A stretch of DNA of 64,000 bases from Camelus dromedarius (lineage: Eukaryota), in the NCBI RefSeq assembly GCF_036321535.1, contig NC_087437.1, positions 15,254,001 through 15,318,000 of the forward strand. The letters run 5' to 3'. The notes below the pieces were generated by a model that was not told the origin of the DNA, ran no database searches, and saw only the letters and a list, made by a program, of their open reading frames with translations. Every line of letters begins with the position of its first letter. The first letter of the stretch is position 1. Shown piece by piece: positions 36,901-47,947 of this stretch. The translations under genes were made by a program, and so were the position numbers.

Positions 36901-39900
36901 ACTTCCCCCTGAGCAGAAATGTTGACCTGGGGCATGTCCATAGCCACAAAATTGTCTACTTGGAACCCCAGCTTATATTCAACCTATAACATGGAGAAAT
37001 AAACAAATTGGATCCATGGTAACAGAAAGGGCACTAACAGCTTGATTTCGCTGATTAAGTCATTACCTAATGACTGCGTGAAGCTTTCACATGTACAAAT
37101 AATCTAGCTATTTTTTTAAAAAGTCAAAATTGTCAGAAACAGTCCTAGGAATGTTCTTTTTTTTTTTGCCCCAACAGCTGAAGGAACCAATCCAGGCAAA
37201 TTCAATATACACAAAGTAGCCAGAGTGGGAATCCAGCTCTGCTGAGTCTGATTCTAAGACTTCCCCCCCAGACTGTGCTGCCTCTCATATGATCCATTGG
37301 ATGACTGTTTTGGGGGTGTGTTTGTTTGGTTTTTTCCCTTCCGGTTTTATGGAGATATAATTGGCATACATCCCTGTGTTAAGTTTAAGGTTATAGCAAA
37401 ATGATGTGACTTACATACATGATGAAATGCTTATCACAGTAAATTTAGTAAGCATCCATTATCTCATATGGATACAAAATTAAAGAAATAGAAAACATTT
37501 TTTGTGATGAGAACTCTTAGGATTTACTCTTAACAACCTTCATATGTAACATACAGCAGTGTTAATTATGTTTATCATGTCGTACATTATATCACTAGCA
37601 CTTATTTATCTTCTAACTGGAACTCTGCAGTGCCTTCTGACTGCCTTCATCCAATGTCCCCCATCCCCACCCCGTCTCTGGTAACCACAAATCTGGTCTC
37701 TTTTTCTATGAGTTTGTTTGCATATTTATTTGTTTTTAAAGTATAACTGACCAACAACACTTTGTTAGTTCCTGTTACACACAACACAGTGATTTTCTTC
37801 TACACATTTCAAAATGATCACAGTAAGTCTAGTTACAATATGTCACCACAAAGATATTATTTAGTTATTGCCTATACTCCCCACACTGTAAATCTCATAC
37901 CCTTGACTGCTTTTTTGCAACTGTAAGTTTGTGCCTCTTAATCTCTCCCACCTATTTCTTCCTCCCCCTCACCCCACTAGCCTCTGTTAACGTTTGTTCT
38001 CTGTATTTATGACTGTTTCTATTCTGTTGTGTTTGTTCATATGTTCCTCAGAATTTTTAATTGGATAAAAATTCAATCTAGTAAGCCACCCTCTATTTCA
38101 TGTCCAGAGCAGTACCACCACTCTCCTATAAAATCTACCATCTAGGATTCAGAAATCCTGCTGAGAACTATAAGCCATCGACGGAAAAGCCCTGGAGAGG
38201 CAGATAGGTATGAAGAGCCAAGGAGTTAAGGTGTATAATTTACAGACCATGACTAGCCACCAATGTCTTCTGCAGCTGATAAAAGCCAAGCTCTGACTGG
38301 TGGATGAAGGTCTGTTCTACAGACCCACTCACCCCACAAGCAGAGTCCAAGGCACAAGTTTCTCATAGAATATCTATCCAAGCCACATTCTCTAGTTCAG
38401 CTTTCACCATTAAGAAAGCTTATGTTTGGATGCCCATCTAACCTCTGTATCTATATCTCAATTGATTCAGAATCCAGAAAAGGAAGAGAGGTGACTAGGA
38501 AGGCAATCCTGGAACACCTGGCCTACAGAGGTAACTCAGTAGAACCAATCAGCACCAATAAATAAATACAGCTCTGCTGCTAGAGATGTTCATGAAAGAA
38601 ACAGCTCAAACTACAAAGCAACAGGTGAAATTCAGAACAGCTGCCACCTTCAACACCTTCAACAAGACCTTACGTTGTTACTCTCAGGACATGCTACTCT
38701 CTGTCCTGCCCTTGGAGTCTCAGTAAGAATGGTACCCATCTCCCATTCAGAGGTCACAAGGGCAGCTTTGGTGGAGGCTGGGATTGGCAGAAGCCAAAGG
38801 GTTGTGGGTTGGGTTAGGAAAAGAGCAGCATGAAAGAGATTTAAGAAACCATTCTTTATGAAACTTAACTAGGAAGAATGGAACCAGGGGGCGGGGGCAG
38901 GGGCAGGGTGCAGATTTCAAAGCCTTTCCTTTTTTTTTTCACTAGGAGATACTCAAATGTGTTTATATGCTAATGAATAAAACCAACAAAATGGGATATA
39001 ACAAAGATGAAAGGAAACAGGAATAGAGTAACCTCCCAGGCTATAAGAGAAAGGATGGACACTCAGGCATCAGCTAGGTCAGAAGATGTTTAACCCATGG
39101 ATAAGAAGAAGGGCTCAGTACACAGAACATTAACTTCCCCTCTGGATTTTCTTGCAAACTCTACTTTAAAGCCCCTGAACACTGGAAGGGTATGGAAATA
39201 CTAAACTTCTGCCTGACAGTTAAGACAGGTATACAAACAATTGTTAAAGGCTGTATTGGGTAAGTGCCATGTTCACAGCAAAGGAAATGCTCTTGCTGCT
39301 GCACATCAGTGACTGACTTAGTGGTACCTTAGCTACAAGTGTTCACTATCACCTTAGTATGCCGCGATACTGTCACTGCCACCAGGGGGTGCAAGAGAGC
39401 TACGGCCCAGCAACTTTGGGCCAAGAACGAGCAGGCTTCCCTGCAGCATTCACTAACATTGAGAATACACTGACTACATCCCTATATCCCTGCTATCTCT
39501 TTTAACAGGACAAGAAGGGCAAGTGCATGAAAAAAATTAAGTACAGTCAGCAAAAACTGGACTGGAACCGTGAGACCGAGGGACCATAAGGTAAATTATT
39601 AACTTCTCCAAGTTTCAGTTTTTATAGAATGAGGCTACTACAAGTTATGAGGATTAAGTAGGATAATTAATACAACACAGCTGTCAGTCTGGCACAGGTC
39701 CCCTGATAAACACAGACCCCAGTGGCATCAGCAGTCATTCCAGAGAAGCCTATGCCCCACTGCACTTCCCCATAAGCACCACCCTACTCCTGACCCCAGA
39801 ATTCTGACACCAGCCTTCCTGTGTTCTGCTAAGAACAATGCTGCAGCCCTTCTGTTTTACCCCCTTCTTGGGAACCCCAATATTCTAAACAGCCTCCCAC

Positions 39901-42900
39901 ACTCTCAGACTCTTCACAAGTGTCTTACCCATCATCTCCTGGCTTTCCAGTCATTCAGTTCCTACAGCCTCCGCCTCTCAGTGCCTAGGCAGTAGGGTCA
40001 GCATTCTTGTAGGATCATTACATTAGGTCCTTTCTACACATCCCTTCCTCATGCAAACTCCCCTATACTCTGAAGCTCACAGCTTCTACTCATAATGACT
40101 ACTTCTCATGCCATCAACATCACTGACACACGGGACTTGCAGAGGCCTTGGTCCTTGGCCCGTTTTGTCTCCTGCCATCTGCCTGGTGGCTTCAATATTA
40201 ACTATTCGGTATTCCTATGTACTCAAGAATTGTTCCATAACCAAAACAAATGCAAAAACCCCACTCTACCAAAGATCCCATCAGTACCTCTGATCCCTAC
40301 AAAAACAGTTCTTTGTCTCCAACACTCTGATTCAACCAACATTTATAAGCCCAGTGCTGTGCTCACAGATGGGATGCAACAATCAATAAAGCTATTTCCA
40401 TCCTCTTCTGGTTGGACCTGGTTTCACTTTCCCACAGCCTGTGCCCCAAAGAAGATTATGTTACTGACACAGTTACATTGTCATCAGGACCCTGACCACC
40501 TCCCACTCTACTCCTGCTGCCCAGCACTGCTGGAGGAAATCACATCCCAGAAAGAGAAAGGGATCTTAGACAAGGATGACCCCCAGGCTCAGGGCAGGTC
40601 CTTAATCTTGCTCAGCAACCTTTCCTCACCGACGCCTCTGTCCCTCGTCTCCTCACTCCAAATCTCACAGGATCCACCGCTTCACTCCTGCTGTCCTCCC
40701 CATTTCCCTACTTTCAGACAATGCCCTTGTCCTCTTTGGCTGGCACACAGGAACCCCTCTTTTGCCTTTTTTCCAGCACCAGGCACATCTGTGAGAGCAC
40801 TCAACCTCTGCACTCCAGTCCTAAGGAGAGATTTACCCTCCTCTCCAAATGATAAGCCCTTCTCTCCCAGAACACTAGGTTCACGCCCACTTCACCACCA
40901 AAAGGGTCTTGCATTATCAACTGATCTCTCTCACTCTCCTGCATCTTCATTCTCTCCTCTCGTATGCCCAATTACCTACCAGACATAGCTACCTAATAAT
41001 CTTACAATTCTGAAATGTAACAGATTCAAAACCAAACTTACGCTTCCCCTGGAATAAAGACTTTTCTCAGCTACTGCAAGCAGAGGCACAGCTAGCCAGG
41101 GACCAGAACTCCTGGGGCAGCAGACAGACAGTGAGCGGCAAACAGGGTCAAAGGCCCCCAGTTGCAGTGCTGAGGGTGGGGGACAAGAATAGCACCCGAG
41201 AGTCTCAGTGTGGCAAGAGGAGGGAAGGGCAGGAGGGAGAGAAATGAGCCTGTGAGTGGAGCTGGGTAGAGTTAGGAGAATGGGGAGAGGTGGCAAAGGG
41301 GCTGGGTGAGATTTCTGGGGAAGTCCAACACTTTGGCCAACAGCAGCTTGGAAAACTAAGAAGTGTGGAAGCATGATGCCTGTCCTTTGCTCCCGCCCTT
41401 TTTGAGGGATTGTCTCAAGATGTAAGGCATTCCCAAGGCAGTTGTCTTCTTCCTCCAGAATCTTTAGAATATAAAATTTTAAATTGCAGTTCCTGGTATT
41501 AGAGAAGAAAATGTCAATTATTAAACTCCAATTTTCTCTCCTTTGGCATGTATCAATCTATATGGAATCTCACCTGCCAATGATTCTTTGAAGAAACAGA
41601 TCTGCTCTAAAGCTAGCATTTATAATCTACTGGAACAAAGGAAATCTGAGCAGCAGTTGTTTATCAGAAAAAAAGAATGAGCCAAAAGACTTGAGAAGAG
41701 AAACCAGAGAAAATATAAATATTTGAATAAGCTAAGAAATAAACATTTTTGGTAATCTTTCCTTACTTAGAAGTAAAAGGCAATTGCAAATAGGCAGCTG
41801 ATGAGTAAAGCCACTTCCTTTTGGAACACAGTACAAGTTTAAAGTGAATACACTTGCCTACAGCCAAATAGCCTTCTAATTTCTCTGAAATTACCAAAAG
41901 TGCTGCCTTTCTCATAGAAAACCCACTCTGCAGGGAATACGGCAGGCTGGCCCCAGGGGCTGCTGTAGGAACTCTGGACAAGTTCCCTGCAAACTCTCCA
42001 GACAATGATGAAGAATTCCTGAGACCAGAGAACAGCTAGGGGACGGGAGCACGTAGGGAGCATTCTGCTACATTTTGGTGTATTTTTGCCTTTCAGCTAT
42101 CTAAAATACCGACTGACACTTAACAGATGCAGTTGCATGGTTTTTTCTGGATTCTGGAGAACGCTAAGAAATACAGAAGAAACCAATTATCTGTTAAAAC
42201 CACCAGCAGTCTTTTGGTATTTCTGGGGAGTGTGTGGTCTTGTGAAAGAGAAGCAATACCAGAGTTCTCATCCCATCTGGAAATCCAATTAACCCACTGT
42301 ATCACCCACCACTCACTAAGGCAGTGGGACACACATGCCAAGAATAAGACACAGCTCCAGCCTGAGAAGACCATAATCAGTTTGGCAAGACAGAAGAGTC
42401 ACATGAACACTGGAGAACAAGTACTACAAAAACTTTGATGATGTATTAGAACTAATATATCTACAATGTGAAGTGACATATCAAGGAGCCTAGAAATCTT
42501 TGGAAGCAAATATTTCATCTTCTGGCAATTCTTAAAAAGCAAGAACTGTGAAGTGCTACAGCCTGGGAACCACCGCCTGCTCCTGAAAGTCCCTGACTGC
42601 ATCCCAAAGCCAACACGATCAGGTGAAGAACTCACTGCTGTGTCTCTCCTACCCCTTTGCATGACTTTCCCATTTCAAAAATACATATATACACATACAT
42701 ACACACACACGCACATCTTACCTGTGCACAGACTATCTTTAGAAGGGGAGACCAAAATCAGGTAACAGTGGATGCCCATGGAAGGTGAGCTAGGTGGCAG
42801 GACTGCTTGGGGATGGTCAAGGAAGATGTAAGGAATTTATTTTCTACTGTGTACTCTTTACGCCTTTTGAGTTTTTTACCATGTACATATATGGAATACT

Positions 42901-45900
42901 CAAAAGATTAACTTTTAAAATAAACAAACTTCAGTTAATTATCTGTGCTAAAATCACCAGAGATTATGACCTAAAACTGGAATTAGGAGCTGCTATAGAG
43001 GCTGAACCTGGAATTAAATTAACATACACATTTCCTTAGTTTTTTTATCATAAAATGTTTTAAGATATAACATTATTAGCACTTTCCTATAAATTCTTAC
43101 ACCTGCTACAGATGAACTGTGAAATCAGTTTAGCTGCAAGTTCAAACTATGAATTCCATTCATTCTTCCAAACTTACAACTTTATTCAGAGCAAAAAATC
43201 TGAAAAATCCCACGTATGCAACTAGTTGTCAACTAGTTTGTCAAGTGCACCCAAACTATGTCTTCACACTTTAAGAAAGAGGAAATCTACCGCTCCTAAA
43301 GCAGCACATTCTAACTCTGAAAAGCTCCCCATTTGTTGAACTGTGGCCTGTGGCTTCTCCTCCGTAGTCAGGGAGCTCCTGTAACTCAGCACCAGGCGCC
43401 ATACCAGGCACAGGGGACACAGAGAAAGACGAACGGAGGTTCCTACCCCTAGAGTGCTCAACATCTTGGAGGGAGACAAAAGAAAATCAACTACTAAAAC
43501 ATTCTTAGAGTATGATGAAGGAAAGAGAAGGTCACTGTGGGTACAGAAAAGGGCACTTGACATAGCCAAAAAAAGAGACGTGACAGCAGGCCCGAGTTTC
43601 ACGAGATGAACAGGAGTTAATGAGGTAAAGACTGGGAACAGGGCATTTTTAGCAGAGCACACAGCAGCAATGTCCAGAGCAAAGGATATTCAAGACTGCC
43701 ACTGAGAAAGAAAAAAAAAATAAAGTACTAAACAATTAGCTGTAGGGCAGGTAGAAAAGAAAGGCAGGAATGAAATCACTAAGGCTCCCTAAGAAACTGG
43801 AACTTTATTCTGATGACAACCATGAGCCTTTGTTGGGGGACGCAGCAAGAGGTCAGCCCAGAGGCAAGGAGACCAGTTAGAAGACTATTTCCATTTCTAG
43901 TTAAGAAACAATGAAAGTCCAAATTACAGATGAGGCACTAGGTCTTGAGAGATGTAGGAGAAGAATTTAAGGTGTAATTAATTATGAGACAGAATCGAGA
44001 CGGTACAGGAGAAGGAGTCTAGGCTTCTGGCGTGTAAGTGAATGGTGATGCTCTCCAACAAGTCCAGGAACTCCTGCTTTACAAGGACTACCACATCAGC
44101 AAGGGCAGCCCAATGCGCACTGATGATGGTATTTAAAACCTGCCACAGAAGTGGTTTGGAGATCATGCTCTACAAGATAATGAGATGAATACACAAGTAC
44201 AAGAGAGCTATACCAAGGCTCCTCCTGACCCAGCACATACCCCAGGTCAGTACTGCTTCCCGTTCAGACATATATACCCATCTGAGCCCCTTCTTCTAAC
44301 TACTCTCCTCCACTCCAGTGTCTTCCTTGTGGCAGGTTCCTAAAACTCCTCTGGCACCCACTATCAGCAGTCAGATCCGTGACACTGACTCCAAATTAAA
44401 AAAAAAAAAAAAAAAAAATCCAGGGAATGTGTATTTTTAAAACAAATGAGTACGAGGAGGTCTAATTCTGTTCAATTCTAACAGCCACCTTCCACACTGC
44501 CTTTTTATTCACAAGTCAGTGCCCACACACTTGCCCAGGAAACATGCTCGTGAGACACCAGCATTCTTTTTTCCCAAGTGGGCCCAGAAACAGTCACACC
44601 TTGTTCCTGGTCAGCAGTGTACCCAGAACAGAACCTCTACTATCTTGTTAGAGTTTTCACTATTTTAAAATACCCATATTATTTGTTTTTAAACTCACCA
44701 ACATTAAAGGTAGGAAAAGTAACAAAGGACTAATTATTGGCTTTTTGGAAAATACAAGAAGCTTCTCTGCCTGAAAAATGTTCACAGAAACACTGGATCT
44801 CAGAGTTGCAAGGGAACTTAAAATTCAAGACCGCCACTCCACAAATGTTTAAATTCTTTCCATAACACTCCCACCAAATGGTTACCCAGGGCAGATCTGA
44901 CCTCTTCCAGTGAGAGGGAACAATCACACTGGCTAAAAGGGAAGCCCAGCTCTAAACACAGATGCAAAAACTAGTGGTTGCAAGGGTGATGAGGAATGGG
45001 ATTTTTACGCATAATTTCAAATTACTTCCCCACAATTACTTGTTCATTGTAAAGGAGAAAACTTTACAATGGAGAAACTTGGTGACTTGAGTGATCACAG
45101 TTAACAACAACACCAAGGGAACAAGCTGACATCACATGCGCCGTGGAGGACAGCCCTCCTGCGGTGTTACCACCAAGCAGACACTCCTGAATCTCATCAT
45201 GAGGAAGCCTCACACAACTCAACATGAAGGACAGCCTACTGGCTTGTATGTTTCAAAAAAATGTCAAGGTCAAGAAACACACAAAAAAAGCTATGGGGGA
45301 AAAAAAAAGCTATAAAGGAGATGACTGGGGTAACAGATGAAATCGAGTTCTGTAGATCAGATAACAGTAGTGCATCAATGTTAAGTCTCCCGATTTTGAT
45401 CACTGTACTTTGGTTAGGTAAAGAATGCCCCTGTTCTTAGAATATATACACTGATGTATTTGGGAGTAAAGGGACACGATGCTAGCACCTGCACACAGTT
45501 CAAGTGGAAAAAGTGTGTACACACAAGGGTGAGGAGAGAGAATTAATAACAATGATAAAGTAAGTAAACAGAGCAAACCAGCAACAATGAATGAATCTAG
45601 GTAAGAGATACATGAGAATTCTTAGTACTGTTCTTGTAATTTTTCTTTATATTGAAATTATATATCAACTTAAAAGTCACACCACCCCCCTCAAATAATA
45701 GTAAAATCGCACAATGTTATGTAAGAATACTGAAAAATGTGTTAGCCCAGTTTGCTTGAAGAGTTCAAGTGCTTACTCATTCAAATTAACAAGATCTCAG
45801 ATTAAAATGTCTCAGATGAACCTCTTCTGAATTATCTATACTATTTATGTTGGCACTTCAGCATACCCAAGTTACAGTTTACTAAATGTTCTTAGTTGTT

Positions 45901-47947
45901 TCACATGCATTTTCAGCTTCTATTTTTGCAGATCACACCCTAAAGAGATCTACCCACTCCTAAAAGAACACCCCCATATTTGAATACCCCAAGGCAATAA
46001 TATTGGACAGCTGAGGTGCTCCAGACAGCAAGGTACATATGCTTTACCCAGGATCCAAGTTAATTCAACTTTAAAATCACAACATTCCTGCAGCTATGTT
46101 CTAATGCATGTATGTGTACGTGTGTACAATGCTTCTCTAATGTATATGTGAGTATATATAAAGTGGATATATGCATATTTATCTAATCACTTTTACTTAT
46201 CTGATTGGCAAACAAATATACTTAAAATATTTAGTATTGAAGAAATTGAAGAAATAGGCACCCTTATTCACTACGTAAGCAATGTTGGTTCTTTGGTACC
46301 ATCCTGGGAAAGGGAAGGGAGAGGCAGTTTGGTAATATCGATCAAAATTTTAAACGTGCACACTCTTTAATCCAGCCATTTCACTTCCTGGTGAAAAAGT
46401 ACCATCCAGCAATAATGCCCAAAAATTTCTTGAAGATGTTCTTTATGTATGTTTATACACACACACATATACCTATATGTATACACACATATATACAGCT
46501 ACAAACATAAACATACATACACATTCACACACACGTATTTTTTCTGTATCTACATTCATCAATAACTAAGGTAGAGACAGAAACAAAAGACGAGCTACCC
46601 ATTGTTTTCACCATCCCTTTACCATGGATCTTGCCTGACAAACAGAATGAAGGAATTATTTGTAATAGTGAAAGGAAATGTTCAAAATAGCAAAATGCTA
46701 TTAAAAATCCATGTGTCAATGAAGCACTTAACAAATAACCATACATCATACATTCATGCAATACTATATCTGAAAGCCATTAAAGAGACTGAGTTAAATC
46801 TGTAAGTAGAAAATTAGAAAGATGCCAAGATAGAGTATTAGGTAAGGGGAAAAATACTGTATAACACATGTGTCATAAAATCCCTATTTTGTTTAAAAAG
46901 GAAAAAGAAATGAGCCTTGAAGTATACCAAATTATAAACAATGGTTACTTCTCAGTACAGATCTACAAAATCTTAATAGTTCTATAATATTTGAATTTTC
47001 CCAATAATTATTATTGTTTTCTAAGTAGATAAAAAAAGTGATCAAATTTAAATGATTTGCAAAAAAGAGCAGGATAGACGCCATTTTATAATAACTTAAA
47101 AAATAAACTCTACATTAGGTATTCTTTTTTGTTTTTAGTAACAAAAACTATTTTTATTTCCCAAATAAAATCCTACACAGAAGCCTATACACAACACTGA
47201 TAAAAAAAACTGAAGCTGCCTGGGGGAGGTGGGTGCTACACTCAGCCTCTCACTCTTCGACCTAAAAGACATGTTAGAGGGGCCCAGACAGTCAGAGGAA
47301 AGGTGAAGAATTCAGTAACAAGTAAACCAGGCAAGAGGCTCCTTCCTGTTACAGAAGCTGAGCCACAGCACACATGGGAGCCTGTGTCTGCTGTCCCTTA
47401 CTTTCACCGTCTCCCCGTAAATGAGAGAACTATATCCATTACCTCAAACATGTTCAAAACACCTATCTTACCAATTCCCCCATCCCTGACTCACGTCGCT
47501 TCATCGTAACAACATAGTTATTAGCAGGTCCTACTGTCCCCTCTTCCAGCTAGGGCAACATACTGGATTGAAAAGCCTAAAAAGATTTAAGTATTCTGTC
47601 ATAAGCTTGTCACATAAATAATGGCTACCTTGATTTTCAAGGATTTGAGAAAGTCTAGAGGAATAGGTTCAAGATTTAAATGTGAAAAGACCCAGTACTG
47701 CTATAGCCCTCCACCCACACAACCCTCTTGTGCAGCTGGCAGTCCACCCCTCAGACAAAGCCCTTGCCTCAGCCTCTGGGCCTGGGAGGTCCTGTCTTGG
47801 CATCTTTGGTTGACCATTCTCTTACCTTGGACTTTGCATGCCAAGTGAAGTGCAGGAAATTTGTTTCGCTGGGTACTAACAGGTTAAAGGACAGAGCGTA
47901 GTGACTAATAAGATCATTTCTCACATAATAAAGTTCTGCATCAAGAC
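3861..47947 (-). CDS. RYK: RYK receptor-like tyrosine kinase, partial gene: 12 internal coding exons (2-13); 5' and 3' ends outside the window
   Basis: Exons of 122,100,135,54,145,101,126,87,70,133,110,160 nt (1343 nt) join in one open frame from [12 protein letters not shown] to [10 protein letters not shown], matching RYK: WIF domain, KRRK site, TM helix, pseudokinase motifs QEGTFG/HKD/DNA. All boundaries GT-AG. Confidence 0.99.
4183..4292 (-). CDS. RYK: RYK exon 12 (catalytic loop): [36 protein letters not shown](V)
   Basis: Acceptor taccacag|GCAATT, donor AACTGTGT|gtaggt; 110 nt. Confidence 0.97.
5561..5693 (-). CDS. RYK: RYK exon 11: (R)[44 protein letters not shown]
   Basis: Acceptor ttttacag|AAATCT, donor CCGCAG|gtgaga; 133 nt. 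Confidence 0.97.
7424..7767 (+). mobile_element. L1 3' end (L1MA9-like), 5'-truncated
   Basis: L1 3'UTR motifs, AATAAA plus A-tail; TSD gacaacagcagg (7412-7423) / gaccacagcagg (7768-7779). Confidence 0.85.
8345..9793 (-). mobile_element. L1 fragment (ORF2 C-terminus and proximal 3'UTR)
   Basis: ORF-track peptides [26 protein letters not shown] and [18 protein letters not shown] are L1 ORF2; several frameshifts. Confidence 0.93.
9930..10947 (+). mobile_element. L1 3' end, 5'-truncated
   Basis: ORF2 C-terminal peptide (10386..10745), 3'UTR, AATAAA; TSD-like aaaaagattatctg (9916-9929) / aaaaagtatatctg (10948-10961). Confidence 0.93.
9934..9993. repeat. Compound microsatellite (CAA)15(CAT)5
   Basis: Direct count. 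Confidence 0.97.
12468..12537 (-). CDS. RYK: RYK exon 10: (D)[22 protein letters not shown]
   Basis: Acceptor tttacacag|ATCAAG, donor CATCACAG|gtaaga; 70 nt. Confidence 0.97.
12740..13620 (+). mobile_element. Ancient L1 (L1M/L1ME-like) ORF2 and 3'UTR remnant
   Basis: Degenerate L1 motifs (gatttgactatgtaaaaatt, aaagaaatgcaagtta, aacaaccaaagtgcccagcaaca, gaatactatgcagcta); boundaries approximate. Confidence 0.6.
17429..17515 (-). CDS. RYK: RYK exon 9: (G)[28 protein letters not shown]
   Basis: Acceptor ccctttag|GTACTT, donor GTTAAAG|gtagga; 87 nt. Confidence 0.97.
18772..18897 (-). CDS. RYK: RYK exon 8: (S)[41 protein letters not shown]; possible 9-nt extension to 18906 via a TG acceptor
   Basis: Acceptor ttgttggctcctcag|GTTACC, donor CAAGAAG|gtattt; 126 nt. 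Confidence 0.96.
20200..21090 (-). mobile_element. Ancient L1 3' end (L1MC4/5-like)
   Basis: cccaggtttatcttacacattcctgacccagtcctggaagcatctgtttctccaaag resembles the reversed L1MC 3'UTR; boundaries approximate. Confidence 0.55.
21133..21283 (+). mobile_element. tRNA-Ala-derived SINE (camelid Vic-1 type), full length
   Basis: tRNA-Ala(AGC)-like head with A/B boxes, AT-rich body, poly(A); perfect TSD agtaaatgccag at 21121-21132 and 21284-21295. Confidence 0.92.
21967..22067 (-). CDS. RYK: RYK exon 7 (Ser/Thr-rich juxtamembrane): (S)[33 protein letters not shown]
   Basis: Acceptor gtttgcag|CATCAG, donor ATCACCA|gtaaga; 101 nt. Confidence 0.97.
24165..24292 (-). mobile_element. L2 3' end
   Basis: ttcattcaacaaatatttactg...gcactgggtgctggggacacagcagtgaaca is the reversed L2 3' terminus. 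Confidence 0.75.
25230..25440 (+). mobile_element. MIR SINE (one of several; others near 3540-3690, 23130-23350, 25630-25860, 33600-33800, 34030-34250)
   Basis: MIR core aagttatttaacctctttaagcctgtttcttcacctttaaaac...taaagtgcttggtacagtactgg. Confidence 0.7.
27205..27378. mobile_element. MER5A-like hAT-Charlie DNA transposon relic
   Basis: ttagaatcatccaggaagctt...tcagaacctctgg...ctctaatgtgcaacctgattaagaacca. Confidence 0.7.
27766..27910 (-). CDS. RYK: RYK exon 6 (transmembrane helix): (Y)[47 protein letters not shown]
   Basis: Acceptor tttatttcag|ATGATC, donor GATGACAG|gtatcg; 145 nt; visible in ORF 27732..27932. Confidence 0.97.
28176..28360. mobile_element. MER3/MER33-like hAT-Charlie MITE
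   Basis: Inverted ends gtgccgtccagc / gctggacagcg, internal gtagccact, ttaagcacttgaaa, agccacacatggctag. Confidence 0.75.
28810..29330 (-). mobile_element. L2 remnant (others near 26400-26950, 36040-36720, 43340-44170)
   Basis: gaggaatttggatttcatcctaa...gaggaatcaaag...agagttctgttttg...tttggagttctggggatagg match the reversed L2 body. Confidence 0.65.
30972..31100 (+). mobile_element. tRNA-Ala-derived SINE (Vic-1 type)
   Basis: gggggaagggtatagctcagtggtacagtgcgtgcttagcat...gttcaatccctag; TSD aactatct at 30964-30971 and 31101-31108. Confidence 0.9.
31654..31707 (-). CDS. RYK: RYK exon 5: (K)[17 protein letters not shown]
   Basis: Acceptor ttaattcag|AACTTG, donor ACTATTT|gtaagt; 54 nt. Confidence 0.96.
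31955..32170. mobile_element. MER103-like hAT relic
   Basis: ttcacagtgcacattagca...aaggctctaag...gtaaggaaacttg resembles the recalled MER103C consensus. Confidence 0.5.
32786..33462 (+). mobile_element. L1 3' end (L1MA9-like) with a short extra 3' segment
   Basis: ORF2 end plus 3'UTR; TSD aaaaatgtccactct (32771-32785) / aaaaatgcccattct (33463-33477). Confidence 0.88.
34605..34739 (-). CDS. RYK: RYK exon 4 (WIF end, tetrabasic KRRK): (V)[44 protein letters not shown]
   Basis: Acceptor tttaaacag|TGTTTC, donor TACAAAA|gtaagg; 135 nt. Confidence 0.97.
36884..36983 (-). CDS. RYK: RYK exon 3 (WIF domain): [33 protein letters not shown]
   Basis: Acceptor gttatag|GTTGAA, donor TTATCAG|gtgagt; 100 nt. 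Confidence 0.97.
37320..38050 (-). mobile_element. L1 3'UTR (L1MA9-like)
   Basis: Reverse complement matches the 33000-33400 L1, including 31 identical nt. Confidence 0.85.
39376..39394 (+). promoter_or_regulatory. Candidate CTCF binding site in RYK intron 2
   Basis: CTGCCACCAGGGGGTGCAA versus consensus TGGCCACCAGGGGGCGCTA, with upstream-module-like CGCGATAC at 39363-39370. Confidence 0.6.
45000..45680 (+). mobile_element. Ancient L1 3' end (L1MC/MD/ME-like)
   Basis: actttacaatggagaaacttgg, ctgaatctcatcatgaggaa, tgattttgatcactgtact-like and aatgaatctaggtaag motifs; boundaries approximate. Confidence 0.6.
47826..47947 (-). CDS. RYK: RYK exon 2 (WIF domain): (G)[40 protein letters not shown]
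   Basis: Minus-strand acceptor ttttttcccctag|GTCTTG, donor TCCAAG|gtaaga; 122 nt. Confidence 0.97.

Noticed and set aside
40095..40988. Longest ORF in the track (297 aa, plus strand, antisense to RYK intron 2)
   Set aside because: Pro/Ser/Leu-rich with no recognisable domain; lies in C/T-rich sequence resembling a decayed L2 (aaatgtaacagattcaaaaccaaactta follows it), where stops are scarce. It would need PhyloCSF or Ribo-seq support.
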